From IMG/VR virus record IMGVR_UViG_3300009103_000042, positions 1-54,561 of that record: DNA of 54,561 nt, one strand, 5' to 3'. Below, piece by piece: positions 9,164 to 18,434 of the stretch (its first letter is position 1; every line of letters starts with the position of its first letter). The notes under the pieces are model-generated. The model ran no database searches. It saw nothing but the letters and a program-made list of their open reading frames with translations, and was not told the origin of the DNA. The stretch comes from a virus. Its lineage: Duplodnaviria > Caudoviricetes. The position numbers and the translations under genes were made by a program.

Positions 9164-9604
9164 ATGAAAACTAGAGAATGTATGGACTGTAGTGTCAGTA
9201 TTGCAGAGAGGCATCATAGTTCTGTTAGATGTGAAAGTTGTCAAAAAGAAAATCATAAAAAATTAAAAAAGAAGAATAGGATAAAACATAGAGAGACAAT
9301 AAAAGCCGCAGCTAGGGAGTATCGTAAAAAAAATAATGCCAAGAGGACAGCTTATAACAAAGAAAGATATACATCTAGTTATAGAAGAAAGCGTTATTTG
9401 AAAGACAAAGAGATTGAAGCAGCTAGATGGCGAGAGCATAAAAAAAATATAACAGATGTATATATAAAAGACCTATTGACATCTAATAGGGCGAAGAAGG
9501 GATGTCCTTTAAAAAGGGCGGATCTTCCTCCTGAGTTAATAGCTCTTAAAAGAAAGGAGGTACAAATAAAGAGAGAGTTAGATAAAATAAAAGAGAGAAA
9601 GTAA
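9164..9604 (+). CDS. Zinc-finger, basic putative DNA-binding protein (paralog of 8757..9146)
   Basis: CMDC...CESC, K/R-rich helix, C-terminal DVYIKDL...DLPPELIALKR. Confidence 0.65.
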   Translation: MKTRECMDCSVSIAERHHSSVRCESCQKENHKKLKKKNRIKHRETIKAAAREYRKKNNAKRTAYNKERYTSSYRRKRYLKDKEIEAARWREHKKNITDVYIKDLLTSNRAKKGCPLKRADLPPELIALKRKEVQIKRELDKIKERK

Positions 9605-9639
9605 ATTAAATTAACCATTAACCATTAATAACTAACAAC

Positions 9640-9939
9640 ATGGCTAGAAAAGCAAAAAGTGCAGCAGTTACAAAAACAAAAACTGCTACAGTACGTAAAA
9701 AAGCAAATGTAAAGGCTGTTCCTATGACAAAATCCATAGCACAAATTAGAAGTGCATGTATTACTTATGGGGACCATAATCATTCTGAATTTCTAACTAC
9801 CAGTGATCCAGAAGTTAAGGAAAAAGCAGGTAAGAATGCAATGACTGGTTATAAACAAGCTATTGACGCTTTCAAGGTTCAGTTAATCTATAAGAAGATG
9901 ACTGGGTGTACTAAGAAAGTATCATTTGGCGAAGAATAG
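9640..9939 (+). CDS. Basic hypothetical protein with K/A/T-rich N-terminus
   Basis: MARKAKSAAVTKTKTATVRKKA. Confidence 0.6.
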   Translation: MARKAKSAAVTKTKTATVRKKANVKAVPMTKSIAQIRSACITYGDHNHSEFLTTSDPEVKEKAGKNAMTGYKQAIDAFKVQLIYKKMTGCTKKVSFGEE

Positions 9940-9945
9940 GAAATC

Positions 9946-11157
9946 ATGGAGACATTAACTGTAGCTAGAGATAGAATTCAATCAGAAGCTCTTGAAGCCT
10001 GGATAAAATCAGGCCAGAGAGGTACTATTGAAATGATTACTGGTTTGGGTAAAACCAAGATAGCTATGGAAGCTGTCAAAATGTTACCTAAAGAATCTAA
10101 GATTTTATTCTTAGCGGAAGTTAAGGATAGAGAATTAGAGGTTCGTAAGGAACAAGAGAAATGGGATACCCAGAAATGGGATATCTCATTCTCTTGCTAC
10201 CAATCTGCTTATAAGTGGAAAGGTACTGAATGGGATCTTGTCATAGCTGATGAGATTCACGATTCTTTAACTCCTGAGTATTTTAAGTTTTATCGTAATA
10301 ATAAGTATAATCAGATTATGGGACTTTCTGCTACTATAGATGAGAGAGCAGTAGTATCAGAAGATGATGAGTTTAAAATAACAAAAGGAATTCTTTTAAA
10401 AGAAGTAGCTCCTGTTTGTTATACTTACGATATTAATGATGGTCAGGTAGATGGAACATCTAGACCTTTGGATATTTACGTTATTAATCACAGATTAGAT
10501 ATTTATAACAAAAATGTTCCAGCAGGTAATGATAAGAAGAGGTGGTATCAAACTGAGTTTGGAGCTTACTCTTATAAAGATATGATATTCAAAAAAGCAA
10601 CTAGATCTCCTGATGATGTTAGACAAAGGAGAATACATGTTGCTTCTGCTGCCAGAGCCAAGTTATTGTATGAACTTCCAAGTAAGATAACTGTAATTAA
10701 GAAATTACTTAATAATATTATTGGAAGAACTATACTATTTGGCAATTCTTTAGAATCATTAGAAAAGATAACTTCCAATGTTATAAGTTCTCATAGGACA
10801 GATAAAGAGAATAAACAAACTAGAGAAGACTTTGATAATGGTAAATTAAATCTTATAGCTGCGTTTAAGAAATTAAAGCAAGGAGCTAACCTTAACAACC
10901 TAGACAATTGTGTGATCATGTCTTATTATTCAAAGGAAAAGGATTTAATTCAAAGAATTGGCAGACTCCGTAATAATGGAGAAATAGGAAGGATATTCAT
11001 ATTAGTAACTGCCAATACTCAAGAAGTAGTATGGTTTAAAAGAATGACTGAGAGCATGAATGAAAGTAATCTTAATATAATACAATGTAAAGATGTTGAT
11101 GATTGTATCTCTAAAATTGATTATTATGGAAATAAGAGAAAAGATACCCTTTCATAG
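9946..11157 (+). CDS. Superfamily 2 DExH helicase
   Basis: TGLGKT, IADEIH, GLSAT and QRIGRLR motifs. Confidence 0.9.
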   Translation: METLTVARDRIQSEALEAWIKSGQRGTIEMITGLGKTKIAMEAVKMLPKESKILFLAEVKDRELEVRKEQEKWDTQKWDISFSCYQSAYKWKGTEWDLVIADEIHDSLTPEYFKFYRNNKYNQIMGLSATIDERAVVSEDDEFKITKGILLKEVAPVCYTYDINDGQVDGTSRPLDIYVINHRLDIYNKNVPAGNDKKRWYQTEFGAYSYKDMIFKKATRSPDDVRQRRIHVASAARAKLLYELPSKITVIKKLLNNIIGRTILFGNSLESLEKITSNVISSHRTDKENKQTREDFDNGKLNLIAAFKKLKQGANLNNLDNCVIMSYYSKEKDLIQRIGRLRNNGEIGRIFILVTANTQEVVWFKRMTESMNESNLNIIQCKDVDDCISKIDYYGNKRKDTLS

Positions 11158-11641
11158 TTATGGAGTTAAGCCAAATTCTTTAATAATAAAAGATCTTAAT
11201 AAGATTAGGTTCTCTGTAGAAAAAGAATTTAAAACCTCTGTAAGAACAAAAGGACATTCAAGGAAAGAAGTAGATACCAAAAAGGTATTTATATCCTTAG
11301 TTCTAAATGTTTACAATAAGATTCAGAAAAAACTAGGGTTGCGTAAAGTGACTCTAGTTTCTCTTGCTAGATATATGAGATATAGCAGCCATTCATCTAT
11401 TTCTTTACATTATATTAATAGTGTTAAAGGACATATGGCAGTGGAAGAATATATTATGGAAAATAAAGACTTGAAAGAGAGGTACCTTGTGCTAAAAGAA
11501 GAAGTAGAAAAGGGAAAGTTTATAACTTTCAAGAGTTTTTTAATAGCAAAAAGAAATGAATTACTTTCAGAAATAGAGGCTATTAATGATTATCTTAAAA
11601 AAGAACATCATGACGAAGAAGTTAAAGAAGGATCAGAATAA
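11126..11641 (+). CDS. Putative HTH DNA-binding protein resembling the DnaA C-terminal domain
   Basis: SRKEVDTKKVFISL...TLVSLARYMRYSSHSSI pattern. Start at ATG 11126 preferred over 11093. Confidence 0.45.
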   Translation: MEIREKIPFHSYGVKPNSLIIKDLNKIRFSVEKEFKTSVRTKGHSRKEVDTKKVFISLVLNVYNKIQKKLGLRKVTLVSLARYMRYSSHSSISLHYINSVKGHMAVEEYIMENKDLKERYLVLKEEVEKGKFITFKSFLIAKRNELLSEIEAINDYLKKEHHDEEVKEGSE

Positions 11642-11763
11642 AAAAGCTGTTATAAAAATCCAAATTAAAGACGAGCAAGATATAATTATAAATAAAATAA
11701 TAAAAAGATATGAAGAAGAGAAAATTGGTAATGAAGAAATTGCCATGCTACAAGATAAATATT

Positions 11764-11794
11764 TTTGATTTTATTCCTATTTTAGTTATATTTG
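11764..11794 (+). promoter_or_regulatory. Bacteroidota primary-sigma promoter
   Basis: TTTG (11764-67), 19-nt spacer, TATATTTG (11787-94) matches the -33/-7 TTTG...TAnnTTTG consensus; lies upstream of the replication operon. Confidence 0.7.
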
Positions 11795-11850
11795 CTATGA
11801 GCTATAGAGTTTGGTAAAAATCAATTTTTAACCCTAATAAATCTGTAAGA

Positions 11851-12414
11851 ATGGAAGTAGATATTAATCTGCTGGTGGAGACTAATCTCACACCAGATGA
11901 GTATGTATTCCTCTATTATTTGGCAAAAGGTCAGATATATAGTGTGAATTTAAGAGCAGATTATGACAAACTTGAAAAAGCAGGGTTTATTAAACAAGGA
12001 GAACGTATTCATATAAGGAAAAGAGGAATTGATCTCATAAATAATAAAATACCTATTGCAAAAAAGGATGTCAAATTTGTTGACACTGTTTCTCATTGGA
12101 TAGACGATTGGAGAAATTTATTCCCTAAAGGAATAAAGACTGCGGGATATGCTATTAAAGGAACAAGAGGAGGGTGTTTAAAGAAGATGAAGAAATTCGT
12201 CAAAGAACACAAAGAAGTAACTAAAGAGCAAATTTTTAATGCTACTGAACTCTACGTAGAGGAAAAAAGAAGAGTTAGATATGCATATATGAGAATTGCA
12301 GATTATTTTATTGAGAAAGATGGGGGATCTCTGTTGGAAAGTTATATAGAACAACTAGAAAACAACGAAACAGTATCTGATCAAAGAGTTAATACTTTGA
12401 CAGATGATATATAA
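11851..12414 (+). CDS. Putative replication initiator/helicase loader
   Basis: N-terminal wHTH-like segment; directly upstream of and overlapping the DnaB-like gene. Confidence 0.5.
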   Translation: MEVDINLLVETNLTPDEYVFLYYLAKGQIYSVNLRADYDKLEKAGFIKQGERIHIRKRGIDLINNKIPIAKKDVKFVDTVSHWIDDWRNLFPKGIKTAGYAIKGTRGGCLKKMKKFVKEHKEVTKEQIFNATELYVEEKRRVRYAYMRIADYFIEKDGGSLLESYIEQLENNETVSDQRVNTLTDDI

Positions 12415-13486
12415 TGATGTAATAGAGAAAATAAGGAGAGGCCGTGAGGGTCTTAATACTGGATTATCTATGGGATTTGAGAGGCTTGTAGATCATATTC
12501 CAGGAATACAACAAGGTACTTATTACTTAATAGGAGGAGAGACCGGAAGTGGTAAGACAGCCTTTACAGATTCATGCTTTTTGTATAATCCCTATGATTG
12601 GATGAAGGCTAATTCTAAAGACGGTATTGATTTAAAAATATTTTACTGGTCCTTAGAGATAGACAAAACAATTAAGGTAACTAAAGCAATCTGTAGAAAA
12701 TTATATTTGGACTATGGTATATTAACAGATATTAATTTTGTTTTATCCAGAGGCAAAAATAGAATCAGTAAGGAAGTATATGAAGCAGTTAAATTTACAA
12801 AAGATTACTTCTATCAATTAGAAGATTGTCTTACTATTATAGATGCTGCAGAGAATCCTACTGGAATTTATAAGTTTATGAATAATTATGCTAATGAAAA
12901 TGGGGATATTATTTATAAAAAGATAAGGTCAGGAGAAGATACTATTAATGTTTTTGATAAATATATTCCATATAATCCAGATAGATATGTCCTAATAATT
13001 ATAGATCACATCGCACTAATGAAAAGAGAGCGAGGATTTAACCAGAAGGATAATATAGATAAAATGAGTGAATATTTAATTCCACTTAGAAATAACTTCA
13101 ATTTTATTCCAGTAGTTGTTCAGCAATTGGGAAGAGGATTATCTCAAACTGATAGATTTAAATTGGATAGAGTAGAACCACAACTATCAGATTTTAAAGA
13201 TAGTGGAAATACTCAACAAGATGCTAATGTTGTATTATCATTATTTTCACCACGGAAATATGAAATAGAAAATTTTAGAGGATATGACATTATAAAACTT
13301 AAGGATAGATTTAGAAGTTTATCTATTCTTAAAAACAGAGATGGGGCTGCAGACATTAGAATAGGTTTGCAATTTGTAGGTGAAGTAGGACATTTTCAAG
13401 AGATACCTCCTTCTAAACAATTTAAAGATGATCCATCTTTGTATAATAAAGTAATTGACGTTAATAATAAAAATAACAATAAATGA
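12404..13486 (+). CDS. dnaB: DnaB-like (SF4) replicative helicase
   Basis: GGETGSGKT, SLE, IIIDH, VVQQL, KDSGNTQQDA and KNRDG motifs. Confidence 0.9.
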   Translation: MIYNDVIEKIRRGREGLNTGLSMGFERLVDHIPGIQQGTYYLIGGETGSGKTAFTDSCFLYNPYDWMKANSKDGIDLKIFYWSLEIDKTIKVTKAICRKLYLDYGILTDINFVLSRGKNRISKEVYEAVKFTKDYFYQLEDCLTIIDAAENPTGIYKFMNNYANENGDIIYKKIRSGEDTINVFDKYIPYNPDRYVLIIIDHIALMKRERGFNQKDNIDKMSEYLIPLRNNFNFIPVVVQQLGRGLSQTDRFKLDRVEPQLSDFKDSGNTQQDANVVLSLFSPRKYEIENFRGYDIIKLKDRFRSLSILKNRDGAADIRIGLQFVGEVGHFQEIPPSKQFKDDPSLYNKVIDVNNKNNNK

Positions 13487-14163
13487 GTGAATTAATAGGC
13501 ATAGTAGGAGAAAGTGGAACTGGCAAATCTACTGCTGTTAGAACATTATCTCCTAAAGAAACAGTAATAATCAGTTGTATAGGAAAACCTTTACCAATCA
13601 AGGGATGGAAGAAAAATTATACTCCATTTAAAGGAAAAGAAGGTAATTTCTTTGAGTCTGATATTTCTGCTGAGATCATTAAATGCATGAGTCATATATC
13701 TGAAAATAGAAAGGATATTAAAAACATTGTAATTGATGACTGGCAATATGTTATGAGTAATGAATATATGAGAAGGTCTGCGGAAAAGGGCTTTGATAAA
13801 TTCACTGAGATAGGTAAGAATGCTTGGTCTACTTTAAATAAGGCTAAATCAATGAGAGATGATATTAAAGTATTTATACTAACTCACAGCGATACTCAAC
13901 CAGGAGAATTTGGTGCTGCTCCTGTAATTAAAATTAAAACAATAGGTAAATTGTTAGATGATAAGATTAATCCAGCAGGTCTATTTTCTATTCTGTTATA
14001 TACAGATGTAAATAAAAAGGAAGATGGAGAAATGGAGTACAGATTCATCACTAACAATAACGGACATTATCCTGCTAAATCACCAATGGGTATGTTTACA
14101 GACCTTTATATTCCTAATGATCTAGGTTTTGTAAGTAAAACCATAGAGGAATATTATGGATAA
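13483..14163 (+). CDS. Sak4-like / AAA_24 P-loop ATPase
   Basis: GESGTGKS, IVIDD, LTH and AKSP; followed by an SSB-like gene. Confidence 0.8.
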   Translation: MSELIGIVGESGTGKSTAVRTLSPKETVIISCIGKPLPIKGWKKNYTPFKGKEGNFFESDISAEIIKCMSHISENRKDIKNIVIDDWQYVMSNEYMRRSAEKGFDKFTEIGKNAWSTLNKAKSMRDDIKVFILTHSDTQPGEFGAAPVIKIKTIGKLLDDKINPAGLFSILLYTDVNKKEDGEMEYRFITNNNGHYPAKSPMGMFTDLYIPNDLGFVSKTIEEYYG

Positions 14164-14201
14164 TAAATCAATCAATTAATTAATTTCAAAACAAAACAAT
14201 T

Positions 14202-14798
14202 ATGAGTTTTAAAACTAAAGGACACACTGTAGAAGAAACAAGCTTTGTATCCAACTTTCTGTCTCCTGGTATCCATGAGGCTAAAATCCAAAAAATAGAG
14301 TTCTTTGAAGCAGCTTCGGGAACTCCTGGTATGAAAATTACACATGAAGGTCGTCCTATGGAAGATCTAGGAGGTGCAGGACAAGTAGCAGAGACTACTT
14401 GGTGGTTAAGCGATAATGCTTGGAATTATACTATAGATAGGTTAGTTATTATGGCCGATAAATTAGGAGTAAGGTCAGCTTTAGATGCAGTAGATGAAGA
14501 GTCTCCTGAACAATATGCTAAGGCACTAGATGGAATATTTAAAAATAAGGCAGCTAGATGGAAATTTGCTGGAGAAGAGATTGCAGGTAAAGAGGGTAAA
14601 CAAAACTGGTTTAAAGCTAGCTTAGCTGGTTATGGTTTTGTAGAAGCTTTAAGTACTGAACCTAGTAAGCTTTCTTTCGATGAGTCCAATAAATATGACA
14701 TGAAGAAATTACCTGTAGCAGATTCTGAGACTGCTTCAAGTAATGGTACTACTGCAACTGCAGCAGTATCTAGCGAAGATGACGACCCCTGGGTTTAG
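14202..14798 (+). CDS. Putative ssDNA-binding protein (DUF669-like)
   Basis: PGIHEAKIQKIE start and acidic-aromatic tail EDDDPWV; next to the Sak4-like ATPase. Confidence 0.65.
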   Translation: MSFKTKGHTVEETSFVSNFLSPGIHEAKIQKIEFFEAASGTPGMKITHEGRPMEDLGGAGQVAETTWWLSDNAWNYTIDRLVIMADKLGVRSALDAVDEESPEQYAKALDGIFKNKAARWKFAGEEIAGKEGKQNWFKASLAGYGFVEALSTEPSKLSFDESNKYDMKKLPVADSETASSNGTTATAAVSSEDDDPWV

Positions 14799-14830
14799 TC
14801 ATCTGAGGCAAATGGTGAAAAGGTAAATTA

Positions 14831-14852
14831 GGGAGAGTAATCTCCCTTTTTT
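14831..14852 (+). terminator. Intrinsic terminator
   Basis: GGGAGA-GTAA-TCTCCC followed by TTTTTT. Confidence 0.75.
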
Positions 14853-14876
14853 ATCCTTCTAATATTTGGTATTAAT

Positions 14877-15866
14877 ATGTATAACACTAAAGGACATCAA
14901 ATACTAAGTGTTGATAATATTCTGGAAAAAATAACTGAATATGATATTTTCAAGTATTATATAGAATCATTTGAAAAACCTGGTAAAAAATTCTGTTCTG
15001 AACTAAGAGCAGATAAAAATCCTTCTTGCAGTATAAAGGTAATGGCATCTGGTAAAGCAGTTTATAGAGACTGGGCTACTGGAGAGGTTTATGATTGTTT
15101 TAAATATGTACAGCAAAAATATAGTCTTAAGTACCATGAGTGTCTAAGAGTAGTGTCTAATGATTTTAATTTAGGACTCAGTTCTGGAGACATAGAACTT
15201 AAGAAAACTAAGGCTATTATAGGTGAGCATTTTAAGAAACAACCTAAATACTCAGATACTTCTATTAAGATAGTATCTATTCCTTTTACTAGTATTGGAA
15301 AATCTTACTGGGAATGCTATGGTATAAGTGAAAATGTTTTAAATAAATATCAAGTTAAACAAATTTCTCATTATTACATTAATACTTCTCTTATTACAAT
15401 TCCTAAAAAAGAAATAGCTTTTGCATATTCTTTTGGTAATTATAAGTATAAGATATTAAGACCTTCTGGGAATAAGTGGAAATGGATAAGTAATGTTAGT
15501 TCGAGTATAGTACAAGGACTTAAACAACTAGAAGAGTGTGGTGATACATTATTTATTACAAAGTCATTGAAAGATGTAATGGTACTTCATTCTTTGGGAT
15601 TTGATGCTATTGCTCCTCAGTCTGAGAATACAATTATACCTTTAAAAATAATTGTTTATCTTAAGAGCTGCTGGAGAAGAATTATTATCTATTATGATAA
15701 TGATGATCCTGGTATTACAGCCTCTAAAGAACATTCTGAACTATATAAAGTAGGATATGTTCATAATAACCTAGATGATCCTAAGGATGCATCTGATTAT
15801 TTTGTTAGGTATGGAGGAGATAATCTCAAAAAAATGATAATGCATTTAATTAAAAAACATGACTAA
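14877..15866 (+). CDS. DnaG-type primase (TOPRIM)
   Basis: Degenerate Zn-binding N-domain (CSELRADKNPSC...RDWATG); TOPRIM ITKSLKD, YDNDDPG and KDASD. Confidence 0.85.
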   Translation: MYNTKGHQILSVDNILEKITEYDIFKYYIESFEKPGKKFCSELRADKNPSCSIKVMASGKAVYRDWATGEVYDCFKYVQQKYSLKYHECLRVVSNDFNLGLSSGDIELKKTKAIIGEHFKKQPKYSDTSIKIVSIPFTSIGKSYWECYGISENVLNKYQVKQISHYYINTSLITIPKKEIAFAYSFGNYKYKILRPSGNKWKWISNVSSSIVQGLKQLEECGDTLFITKSLKDVMVLHSLGFDAIAPQSENTIIPLKIIVYLKSCWRRIIIYYDNDDPGITASKEHSELYKVGYVHNNLDDPKDASDYFVRYGGDNLKKMIMHLIKKHD

Positions 15867-16242
15867 ATCAATATTTATACCTGGAAATGTACCATCTTCT
15901 AAAAATAGTAAGCAGATGGTTATAAATAATGGAAGGACCTTTTTTGTATGGTCTAAAACAGCTCAAAAATATGTGAAAAATACTAAGAAAGATTTTGTGG
16001 ACAATGCTCCTGTGTTTAAAAGCTATGTTAAGGGACTTAAAAAACCTTATAAAATATCATTTAAATTCATAAGAGGGTCCAAACATAAATTTGATTATCC
16101 TAATCCATTACAGACAATATTAGACCTTATGGTTAAATATGAATGGATAGAAGATGACAATGCAGATGAAGTTATTCCTGTATTTGAGCCCTATAATTAT
16201 TCTAAGGAAAAACCTGGAGTAATAGTAGGAATTTTAGATTAA
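15859..16242 (+). CDS. RusA-like Holliday junction resolvase
   Basis: PSSKN, FDYPN...ILDLM...IEDDN acidic pattern. Confidence 0.7.
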   Translation: MTKSIFIPGNVPSSKNSKQMVINNGRTFFVWSKTAQKYVKNTKKDFVDNAPVFKSYVKGLKKPYKISFKFIRGSKHKFDYPNPLQTILDLMVKYEWIEDDNADEVIPVFEPYNYSKEKPGVIVGILD

Positions 16243-16269
16243 AATTTGTAACTTATAATCTGAAAAAAC

Positions 16270-16542
16270 ATGGAATATGATCAAAAATTAGTAGAACTTT
16301 TAACTGAAATGTCTATATCTCCTTTACTTATTGGAGATCCTAATAGTCTTAGGATTTTATTAGAGGACAAATTAGATGAAGCAAAATATAATACCTTAGA
16401 TATACAAGTAGTAGGTTTATCTGAAGATATAATGATAACCAGAGGAGAGCTGGGATATCTTCAAAAAGTAAGAGATGCTTATAATCTATTTATGGAGTTA
16501 TATCAAGATTACTTAGATAATCAATTAATTATTAATAAATAA
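16270..16542 (+). CDS. Hypothetical protein
   Basis: 90-aa ORF. Confidence 0.6.
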   Translation: MEYDQKLVELLTEMSISPLLIGDPNSLRILLEDKLDEAKYNTLDIQVVGLSEDIMITRGELGYLQKVRDAYNLFMELYQDYLDNQLIINK

Positions 16543-16553
16543 AAATTAAAAAA

Positions 16554-17081
16554 ATGAGTGTAAAAACAGAAAAAGAGACTACAACATCAACCAATCAAGA
16601 AGTAGAAACTCGTAGTGTAACTATATATTCTACTCAATCAAAAAGTAGTCAAACTATTGAAACCAGTGCTTCTACATGGGGAGAGTTAAGATCCGAATTA
16701 TCTGGTACAAAAAATGTAAGGGCAGTAGTTAGAGAAACTAGAAATTCTCTAGAAGGAGCTTCTTCTAAGCTACCTAATAATGATTTTACTTTATTTCTTT
16801 ATCCTGAAAGAGTAAAATCTGGAAATGAAGAATTACTTCAAAAAAAAAGTAAAAGAATTTCTAAGATTCCTAAAATTGCATCAACTGCTTTAGAAGCGTC
16901 AGAATGGGAGAATTTGAAACTACAAGAAGCTATAGCAGATACTTTATCAGAACTTAAAGTAGAATATAATAGCGCACTTGATGAGTTAAAGTTAAAAGAT
17001 GTAGATCTTTCTTCTATATCTAAAGAAGATCAAGAAATGGCAAAGGAAGCAGCTGCTATCGCAGCAGAATTGAGAATGTAA
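16554..17081 (+). CDS. Putative ubiquitin-like (beta-grasp) precursor with C-terminal helical extension
   Basis: Residues ~20-90 follow a beta-beta-alpha-beta-beta pattern (VTIYST..TIET..TWGELRSEL...LP..FTLFL) ending in VKSG90; first gene before E2/JAB/E1-like genes. Confidence 0.6.
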   Translation: MSVKTEKETTTSTNQEVETRSVTIYSTQSKSSQTIETSASTWGELRSELSGTKNVRAVVRETRNSLEGASSKLPNNDFTLFLYPERVKSGNEELLQKKSKRISKIPKIASTALEASEWENLKLQEAIADTLSELKVEYNSALDELKLKDVDLSSISKEDQEMAKEAAAIAAELRM

Positions 17082-17107
17082 TACCATTATTAATCTAAAT
17101 ATAAGCT

Positions 17108-17144
17108 TTTAGAGAAGAGTAACTCTCTTCTCTAAAGGTTTTAT
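17108..17144 (+). terminator. Hairpin / possible attenuating terminator between Ubl and E2-like genes
   Basis: TTTAGAGAAGAG / CTCTTCTCTAAA stem followed by GGTTTTAT. Confidence 0.5.
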
Positions 17145-17162
17145 ATTTAAAATTTTATACAT

Positions 17163-18434
17163 ATGGGAGTATCAAATAAACATGGACACATGATAGAATG
17201 TGAAGAGGGGGACTTCTTTAAAGTAAAGTTGGAACCTACAGAAAATGGACTGGTTGATACTGTATTTAGAGCAGACCGTCCTTGGAAATATAATCCTGAT
17301 TCTAAGTATAATGGATTAGCTGGAACTAATATTTATAGTAATAAGTCTGAGGTTATAATAGTAGAAAGAAATTATTGTATTTTATTATCTAAAGAAGAAC
17401 AAGAATTACTAGAAAAGAAAATGGAAGAGTCTTCTCAAGAAATTATTAGACAAGATGAAAAGATTATACAACAAGTAGTTGAATCTTTAGAATGTATTTA
17501 TAAAGATAATTGGGACTTACAGGTTAATCCTAATAATCCTCTTAGTCTTTATACTGTGATTATAAAATTCCCTTCTTTTTATATAGTAAATGGAAGAAAT
17601 GAAAGGCATGAGATTAAAGATTTATATGTAAGATTTAAATTTAAAAAGGGATTTGTTTTATCCTGTCCTATTGAAGGAACAAGAGGAACTCTTAGCTTTG
17701 TTGAATATGAGTCTAGATATTTACATTCTCATTTACCCAGACTAAATATAAGATCAAAAGAAGATCTGAAAGATACTATTGTACAGGCAACTTCCTTTAA
17801 TACTTTTTGTTTAGGTGTTGGAGATTTTGCTGATATAAATTCAGAATGGAAATGCGAAGATAAAGTATTTAACCAAGAAGAGTTTGAGTTATTATTATAT
17901 CAATTACAGGCTTACGTACAATGGGAATCTCTTGGAGGAGGTCCTTACATAAGTATAAGAGATATCTCTGTAAGAGATTGTAATTGGAGAGGGCATATAC
18001 ATGGATCAGGGAGGAAAGAAGCTTTTGAATCAATAATAGCTAATATTAAGAATTTTCCATTAAAATTTAATCACTTGAGAAGTAAGTTTGAAATAGATTT
18101 TTCAGAGTTAGAATCTTTTATATCTCCTTTAGAAAGCCCACATCTACCAAAGATAAAAAAGACAAGTGAAGGAGAATATATTTATGGACAATTAACTCCT
18201 TTAACTATCAATAGAAGAGTAGATGATGCTAACGAAATCTACAAGAGTGTTTCTCTTTTTAAATTTCAAGGAGAAGATATTTCATTAAAGATTACAGGAA
18301 TAAATACTGAAGATGAAGATGATCATTTAGAAGAAGTAATACATCCTGATATAACAAGACATATAGCAACTGAATTAGAAAAAAAAGTAAATAATAATGT
18401 CATTAAAAAACAACTAAGAAATGAATTACAATAA
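17163..18434 (+). CDS. Putative prokaryotic E2 (ubiquitin-conjugating-like) protein
   Basis: YLH188-S-H190-LP followed by F-C216-LG, resembling the HPH/HPN...CLG core of prokaryotic E2 families; adjacent to JAB and E1 genes. Confidence 0.55.
   Translation: MGVSNKHGHMIECEEGDFFKVKLEPTENGLVDTVFRADRPWKYNPDSKYNGLAGTNIYSNKSEVIIVERNYCILLSKEEQELLEKKMEESSQEIIRQDEKIIQQVVESLECIYKDNWDLQVNPNNPLSLYTVIIKFPSFYIVNGRNERHEIKDLYVRFKFKKGFVLSCPIEGTRGTLSFVEYESRYLHSHLPRLNIRSKEDLKDTIVQATSFNTFCLGVGDFADINSEWKCEDKVFNQEEFELLLYQLQAYVQWESLGGGPYISIRDISVRDCNWRGHIHGSGRKEAFESIIANIKNFPLKFNHLRSKFEIDFSELESFISPLESPHLPKIKKTSEGEYIYGQLTPLTINRRVDDANEIYKSVSLFKFQGEDISLKITGINTEDEDDHLEEVIHPDITRHIATELEKKVNNNVIKKQLRNELQ

Noticed and set aside
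11586-11768. 60-aa ORF
   Set aside because: Overlaps the upstream gene and has no motif. A shorter product from an internal ATG is possible but unsupported.
5414-15866. Introns/inteins in polA, helicases or primase
   Set aside because: ORFs are continuous and of normal length, with no intein or LAGLIDADG motifs seen.
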